Part shown: positions 59,099 through 64,000 of the stretch, in pieces
Numbering within the stretch: position 1 is the first letter of the stretch
How the letters are laid out: each line of letters opens with the position of its first letter
Origin: a virus
Strand: one strand, 5' to 3'
IMG/VR virus record: IMGVR_UViG_3300020442_003756
Location: 2,400 to 66,399 of that record
DNA length: 64,000 nt
Program-made: the position numbers and the translations under genes
The notes under the pieces: model-generated
Told to the model about the DNA's origin: nothing
Databases searched by the model: none
The model's input: only the letters and a program-made list of their open reading frames with translations

Positions 59099-59678
59099 CT
59101 ATATCTTTAGGAACAAAATAACCAAAACTAAGTAATACCCTAGGTTTATCTAAGGCTACTTGGGTAGTATAATGCTCATCAATACCAGCAATACACCTCC
59201 ATATTTCATTTTCTTCTACTTTATATTCTATTTCTTTTATTACTGGATTACCTCCAACTAATGGTTTAGAAATTAATGTATTAAATCTAACATGAACAAC
59301 ATCACCTAAATAATCATGAGGTAAATCTTCATTTAATGATTCATCAGGACCTTCAACATTAAAATTAGCATCATTATGTTTATGCACCTGATGTCCTTGA
59401 GTTGAATAACAAATTATAAACCCATAATTAGGTTCAATTTGTAAATCCCAAGGTAATCTATAAAATTCTAATATCTCAGTAGCTATTTTATCTAATTCAG
59501 CATAAGGAAATTTTGCTTCAGCTAATTCTTCATCTATGATGTGTAAATAATCTCTGGCTCTTACATTACCCCCATGTTCTGGTTCATCAGTAATATATTT
59601 AATCCTATTTTCTTCAACCAAAATCCAGTCTAAAATAGGTTGTGTTAATTTTTTAGGTAAAATATAATTGCTTTTCAT
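59079..59678 (-). CDS. Putative 2OG-Fe(II) oxygenase
   Basis: VHKHND, RFN.LISKP..GG.P, H.T..V....PR..LSFG. Confidence 0.7.
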   Translation of the reverse strand: MKSNYILPKKLTQPILDWILVEENRIKYITDEPEHGGNVRARDYLHIIDEELAEAKFPYAELDKIATEILEFYRLPWDLQIEPNYGFIICYSTQGHQVHKHNDANFNVEGPDESLNEDLPHDYLGDVVHVRFNTLISKPLVGGNPVIKEIEYKVEENEIWRCIAGIDEHYTTQVALDKPRVLLSFGYFVPKDIVDEWQK

Positions 59679-60316
59679 TATTGTACTTGTCTTTCACCAT
59701 CTCTACCTACAAAATACCAATAATTATTTGTAAATTGATGGTCATTTCTTAATATATTATCTAATTCAGGTCTAACTACAACATTGCCACTTATAGATAT
59801 ACGATTTTCGTTTGAAGAATTTCTAGTAACAAAATGTAAAATGTCTCTAGAAAAAATATAGATTTTACCTGGTGTTGAATTTATTTCCCACATTATTCTT
59901 TTTGTTTCAACTTGACAGTGGAATATTAAATTACCAGCACCCTTAGGCATATGTGGATAATATACCCAAGATAAACCTAAAACCCCTTTCTCATAATGAT
60001 TATGAATCATTGTTTGTTCACCTGGTGGTGTAAAATGACCCCAAATTTCATTTATTGCTGTTGCTTGATCCATATTAAAAATACCATCAAAAATGTTACT
60101 TACTTTTCCACTTATAGCATCAAAAGTATCATCTTTTAGAGGTACATCTTCATAAAATGTATGTTGCATGTCAACTTCCTTATGAGATGGTCTAGAATCA
60201 TTTAAATTATCACCTGGATTCTCTCTAGTAGTTGTTATTTCTTCAATAAGCGATTCGTTATTTAATTCGAGATCATGCTCGTAATAAAATAAACCGTTAA
60301 TTAATTTTAAACTCAT
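59678..60316 (-). CDS. Putative 2OG-Fe(II) oxygenase (TIGR02466-like)
   Basis: W, HNH, LSWVYY, GNLIF, LHFV..N.S...RISISGN. Confidence 0.8.
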   Translation of the reverse strand: MSLKLINGLFYYEHDLELNNESLIEEITTTRENPGDNLNDSRPSHKEVDMQHTFYEDVPLKDDTFDAISGKVSNIFDGIFNMDQATAINEIWGHFTPPGEQTMIHNHYEKGVLGLSWVYYPHMPKGAGNLIFHCQVETKRIMWEINSTPGKIYIFSRDILHFVTRNSSNENRISISGNVVVRPELDNILRNDHQFTNNYWYFVGRDGERQVQ

Positions 60317-60534
60317 TCTATAATTTGGGCGTCTTCTACTTCCCTACAAATTAATAATTTATCACCTTCTCTTAATACATGATTTGCATCATGATAGTTA
60401 ACATATAATCCTAATAATTCTTTATCAATTTTAGAATCATGTTTTTTTGGAATTATCATTTGGCTAACCTTATAGGTTTTAACTACTTGAAATAACCTAT
60501 CATTAACATACTTAAGATAACTCCCATACATCAT
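60313..60534 (-). CDS. Hypothetical protein
   Basis: Operonic ORF with overlapping start/stop. Confidence 0.6.
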   Translation of the reverse strand: MMYGSYLKYVNDRLFQVVKTYKVSQMIIPKKHDSKIDKELLGLYVNYHDANHVLREGDKLLICREVEDAQIIE

Positions 60535-60764
60535 ACTAATTCTGAATCAGAAACTAACATTACACCAGAATTATTAGCGGGAATATAATAATCAAATTTA
60601 TGGGGGCCAAGTATTTCATTAATTATTTTCTCCTGTAATTCAGGTGATTTACCTGTTATAATCTTAACTTCAACTAATTTACATACTGAATTAATCAGTA
60701 AATATTCCTCAATCTTATTTAAAGCTTTTTCATGGCTTAAACCATGACAATCAATTTCCCACAT
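60531..60764 (-). CDS. Stand-alone Smr-domain protein
   Basis: IDCHGLSHEKA, IITGKS, NSG motifs. Confidence 0.7.
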   Translation of the reverse strand: MWEIDCHGLSHEKALNKIEEYLLINSVCKLVEVKIITGKSPELQEKIINEILGPHKFDYYIPANNSGVMLVSDSELV

Positions 60765-60879
60765 CTTTACTTAATAGCTGTTGTAGCTTTTGAATTTTTA
60801 ATTTAATTTCTTGTGTTTGAGGTTTTAATAACTTCAATTTCACAATCTGTTCTATAATGCTTTCTTTAATTTCTTGCAT
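60751..60879 (-). CDS. Small hypothetical protein (42 aa, not in ORF track)
   Basis: MQEIKESIIEQIVKLKLLKPQTQEIKLKIQKLQQLL fills the gap between genes. Confidence 0.45.
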   Translation of the reverse strand: MQEIKESIIEQIVKLKLLKPQTQEIKLKIQKLQQLLSKDVGN

Positions 60880-61207
60880 AATCGTCTTCAATTCGAACTA
60901 TATCGTCTTCACCGAAATAAGTTCCTGTTTGTACTTCTATAAATAACACTTCCTCATCGGTTTCATTCCAAGCCCTGTGTTTTGCTCCTAAAGGTATGTG
61001 AATTGATTCACCTGGACCTCTAAATACTTTTTCATCATCTAAAACTATAGTTAAATTACCTCTAACTACAGTCCATTGTTCTCTTCGTTTATCATGATAT
61101 TGATATGATAATCTACTATTAGGGTTAACTAATATTTGTTTTACTTTACAATAAGGGGCATCTAATAATACCTCGTATCTACCCCATGGTCTTATACTAC
61201 GTTCCAT
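60866..61207 (-). CDS. Mannose-6-phosphate isomerase type II cupin (ManC C-terminal-like)
   Basis: RPWG.Y, RLSYQYH..R.E.W.VV.G, IEVQTGTYFGEDDIVRIEDDY. Confidence 0.9.
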   Translation of the reverse strand: MERSIRPWGRYEVLLDAPYCKVKQILVNPNSRLSYQYHDKRREQWTVVRGNLTIVLDDEKVFRGPGESIHIPLGAKHRAWNETDEEVLFIEVQTGTYFGEDDIVRIEDDYARN

Positions 61208-61208
61208 T

Positions 61209-62003
61209 TTAAAATCCTAAATGTTTATCTCTACAAAATTCTAAATCAACAATACTGCTTCTAATATCCATCCCCTCTATATTAAATGGGTTTTTCCAAG
61301 GATTAACTGTTCTCCAACCTGGTCCCCATTTTTTAAATAAATACTCAAAATTTTTATCATTTGAGTATGATAATTTTTTGTATAGTTCGGGACTATACTT
61401 TTTAGTGTTCATTCCTGTTTCATAATAATCATGATCAGCTCCATCACTCATTGTACCATTGCCATGATAATATTTAGATTCCAAATTTAACACTGTCTTT
61501 ACCGGTTTTATATGCAGTCTCATTATGTAGTCACTATCTTCGCCGTAGCAAGGATATAGATTTTCATCAAAATAACCATGACTTTGCACTACCCAATCTT
61601 TAATTAAAAACAAATCAAATGAACCTAAACCAAAATCTCCACCATTCCCAAACACTAATCCTGTTTCTTCATCTTGAGCTGCTTCATACATTTCTTTTAA
61701 AAACCCACTACCAAAACTACAATCATGATTAATAATAATCCAATAAGGGGAATGCATAAATGATTTCATAATCATATTCCAACCACCAGCACAACCAATG
61801 TTATAAGGCATATGAAATACCTTTAGATTTTTAATATGTTTGTGCATCCAATTATCAGCAACTAATTTTTCTAATTCCTGATCTAATTCGCCCCCACTAT
61901 TATTAATAATAATATAATTTTCAACTGGGAAGTCAACACTATTAATTTGGCGTTTTAGCCATTTTATTTCGTTAACTATTAATGTTCCAACTACTGGTAT
62001 CAT
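61209..62003 (-). CDS. GT2-like glycosyltransferase
   Basis: IIINN, NIGCAGGWN, INHD, FDENLYPCYGEDSDY. Confidence 0.85.
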   Translation of the reverse strand: MIPVVGTLIVNEIKWLKRQINSVDFPVENYIIINNSGGELDQELEKLVADNWMHKHIKNLKVFHMPYNIGCAGGWNMIMKSFMHSPYWIIINHDCSFGSGFLKEMYEAAQDEETGLVFGNGGDFGLGSFDLFLIKDWVVQSHGYFDENLYPCYGEDSDYIMRLHIKPVKTVLNLESKYYHGNGTMSDGADHDYYETGMNTKKYSPELYKKLSYSNDKNFEYLFKKWGPGWRTVNPWKNPFNIEGMDIRSSIVDLEFCRDKHLGF

Positions 62004-62887
62004 ATTTGTTCTTTTAAGTATTCTTCTAATGTTTTTAATTTACCTATGTTTAATAAGCTAGTTTTTAAAGCATATTTTCTATCATGACCTAACCTATCTT
62101 CTACAAATTTATATTTTACTTTTTTACCTAATAATTCACCTACCTTTTGTACTACTTCTTTATTAGTCCATCTATCACCTGAACCTATATTTAAAGCACC
62201 TGTATTTAGTAAGCTATCATTTTGCATCATATCAAAGATAATTCTAACATTATCCTCAACCCACATCCATTCTCTAACTTGTTCACCATCACCATAAATT
62301 GGAATTGGAATATCATTTTTAATACTATTAAATATAGTAGGTAAAAACTTTTCACTGTTTTGATCAGTACCAAAATTATTACAAGTACGAGTTATAATAT
62401 GAGGTAAACCATAAGTTCTACCTGCAGCCATAACTAACATTTCAGCTGCTGCTTTAGTAGCTGAATAATAAGATGATGGTTCTAATCTATCAAATTCATG
62501 TGATGGTTTTTGTCCTTCAACATCACCATATACTTCATCAGTTGATATTTGTACAAATCGTTTTAATGAAGGTATTTGTCTAGCTATTTCAAGCATATTA
62601 AATGTACCTTCAACATTAGATTTTATAAATGGTTTACCATCTTTTATTGATCTATCAACATGTGATTCAGCAGCAAAATTAACTATGTAATCAGCATCTT
62701 GGCAAGCAAAACTAACATCATCACAAATATCTTTTATTATTAAATCATAGCTGTAACCATCTAACCTACTTTTATCAGCAGCATAAGTCATATTATCAAT
62801 CACAATACAATGAGCACCCTGATCAGTAGCATATCTAACAAAAGCGGAACCAATAAATCCTAAACCACCTGTAACTACTATTTTCAT
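62000..62887 (-). CDS. rmlB: dTDP-glucose 4,6-dehydratase
   Basis: VTGGLGFIGS, NFAAESHVDRSI, ISTDEVYG, YSATK, DRLGHDRKYA. Confidence 0.93.
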   Translation of the reverse strand: MKIVVTGGLGFIGSAFVRYATDQGAHCIVIDNMTYAADKSRLDGYSYDLIIKDICDDVSFACQDADYIVNFAAESHVDRSIKDGKPFIKSNVEGTFNMLEIARQIPSLKRFVQISTDEVYGDVEGQKPSHEFDRLEPSSYYSATKAAAEMLVMAAGRTYGLPHIITRTCNNFGTDQNSEKFLPTIFNSIKNDIPIPIYGDGEQVREWMWVEDNVRIIFDMMQNDSLLNTGALNIGSGDRWTNKEVVQKVGELLGKKVKYKFVEDRLGHDRKYALKTSLLNIGKLKTLEEYLKEQI

Positions 62888-63363
62888 TGACCTATTTTAT
62901 CTTTATTACTTATTACTATATCTTTAACATGGTTAACTTTATCAACTATTACTTTTACTACCCCAGGAATTGAATGCCAAGGTATACTATGGTCATGTTC
63001 AGGAGCATAATGATTATCTATTAAATAAGTAACTATAGTATTGGGTTCTAATGTTAAAAAACCATGTGCTTTAGTTTTAGGAACAAATATAGCTTCCTGG
63101 TCATTTAATTCAAACCATTCTACTTCTTTAGTTTCTAAATCATATAAAAAATCAATTATTTTACCTTGTATTACTTTAAGATATTTATTTTGTGCTGTTT
63201 CAAATGCTTGGTAGTGCATACCTCTAAATGTATGAACATTAGGGTTAACACTAATATTAGCTTGTAACCATTTTTTAACTGATTCAGGACCGCATTGTAA
63301 ATCTATTGGCGTAAAAGAACCTCTATCATCAATAAAGGTTTTATGATTTCTTACTTTTGGCAT
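62884..63363 (-). CDS. rmlC: dTDP-4-dehydrorhamnose 3,5-epimerase-like
   Basis: DDRGSF, FRGMHYQ, QNK, AHGFLTL, Y.P, SNKD. Confidence 0.85.
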   Translation of the reverse strand: MPKVRNHKTFIDDRGSFTPIDLQCGPESVKKWLQANISVNPNVHTFRGMHYQAFETAQNKYLKVIQGKIIDFLYDLETKEVEWFELNDQEAIFVPKTKAHGFLTLEPNTIVTYLIDNHYAPEHDHSIPWHSIPGVVKVIVDKVNHVKDIVISNKDKIGQ

Positions 63364-63799
63364 TTATTATATCTGGATTTTGTTTATAAGTTTGTTGTGT
63401 TATTAAATCTTTTAATTTAGTAGTTGACCAACCATGAGCTCTACTAGTATATAATACAGGAATATTTAGATGGTCTCCTGTAAATCGTTTGCCTAAATAA
63501 TCTTCGCCTAATACTCTTAAATCAGGTTTAAAGTGTTCAATTAAACCTAATAATTCATCTTCAGTACTATAAATAAATACTTCATCTATATACTGAATTG
63601 ACATTAATGCTCTATATCTTTCATATAATGGAATTACTGGTTTGTATTTGTTTCTATTATACGCAGATGGATCAGCATGTAAAAACACTATGAAATGATC
63701 ACAATGTTTTTTAGCATCCTCAAATGTATAAATGTAACCTGGATGTAATAAATCGAAATTACCAGCAGTAAAACCTACAATTTTTTTAATAGCCTTCAT
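63341..63799 (-). CDS. Cytidylyl/adenylyltransferase (TagD/RfaE-II-like)
   Basis: AGNFDLLHPGY, ER, IDEV, LGEDY, SRAHGWSTT. Confidence 0.85.
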   Translation of the reverse strand: MKAIKKIVGFTAGNFDLLHPGYIYTFEDAKKHCDHFIVFLHADPSAYNRNKYKPVIPLYERYRALMSIQYIDEVFIYSTEDELLGLIEHFKPDLRVLGEDYLGKRFTGDHLNIPVLYTSRAHGWSTTKLKDLITQQTYKQNPDIINAKSKKS

Positions 63800-63999
63800 T
63801 TAAAAACCCCTTTTTTTAATTCATTTTTTAATTTAACAATAACTTCATGATACTCACCCCACTTATCTCTATCCTCTTCATAGTAAGATTGTTCACAACC
63901 TCGTTTACATTCACTTTCTACTACTTCTAATAACTTAATAAATTGATCTTTTATCATGACGTTTTCCAAAACACCTGTATGCTTATAAGTATTAAACAT
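63796..63999 (-). CDS. Hypothetical protein (start uncertain at window edge)
   Basis: ORF overlaps the next gene start; the true start may be the internal Met. Confidence 0.45.
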   Translation of the reverse strand: MFNTYKHTGVLENVMIKDQFIKLLEVVESECKRGCEQSYYEEDRDKWGEYHEVIVKLKNELKKGVFK

Positions 64000-64000
64000 A

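Noticed and set aside
1-64000. Stop-codon reassignment as in some large phages
   Set aside because: Genes tile densely under the standard code and TAA, TAG and TGA all terminate ORFs
1-64000. Eukaryotic giant virus (NCLDV) origin suggested by collagens and a PLOD-like enzyme
   Set aside because: Contractile-tail baseplate genes, S74 chaperones, sigma factor, bS21, lipoprotein and overlapping operonic genes indicate a bacteriophage

Overview
AT-rich, gene-dense 64 kb segment of a large myovirus-type (probably jumbo) bacteriophage. Almost all genes are on the minus strand. The host is inferred to be Bacteroidota: there are no Shine-Dalgarno motifs, the start regions are A-rich, the promoters follow TTGG-N18-GTATATT, and the window encodes a Bacteroidota-like bS21 and a lipoprotein with a CSKEE signal. 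Left to right: (1) replication genes (partial exonuclease, primase, GIY-YIG nuclease); (2) modification cluster I (nucleotidyltransferase + APS kinase, TPR/FkbM methyltransferase, propeller protein, 2OG-Fe(II) oxygenase, GT9-like enzyme); (3) two paralogous adhesin-like genes and three collagen-like fibres (2704, 1265 and 653 aa; two carry S74 chaperones); (4) a baseplate module (gp6-, gp25- and gp5-like); (5) a gp55-like sigma factor, HD hydrolase, SNase and rpsU; (6) early-promoter cassettes and a RadA-like ATPase between non-coding stretches; (7) modification cluster II (GT25, GT4, GT2, several 2OG oxygenases, RmlB, RmlC, a ManC-type cupin, a cytidylyltransferase). The standout is a COLGALT-like GT25 fused to a PLOD-like lysyl hydroxylase (56807-58237). 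It sits in a genome whose collagens place Lys essentially only in the Gly-X-Lys-Gly position, which suggests a phage-encoded, animal-like collagen hydroxylation/glycosylation system for decorating virion fibres. All calls come from motif recognition by eye; no searches were run.
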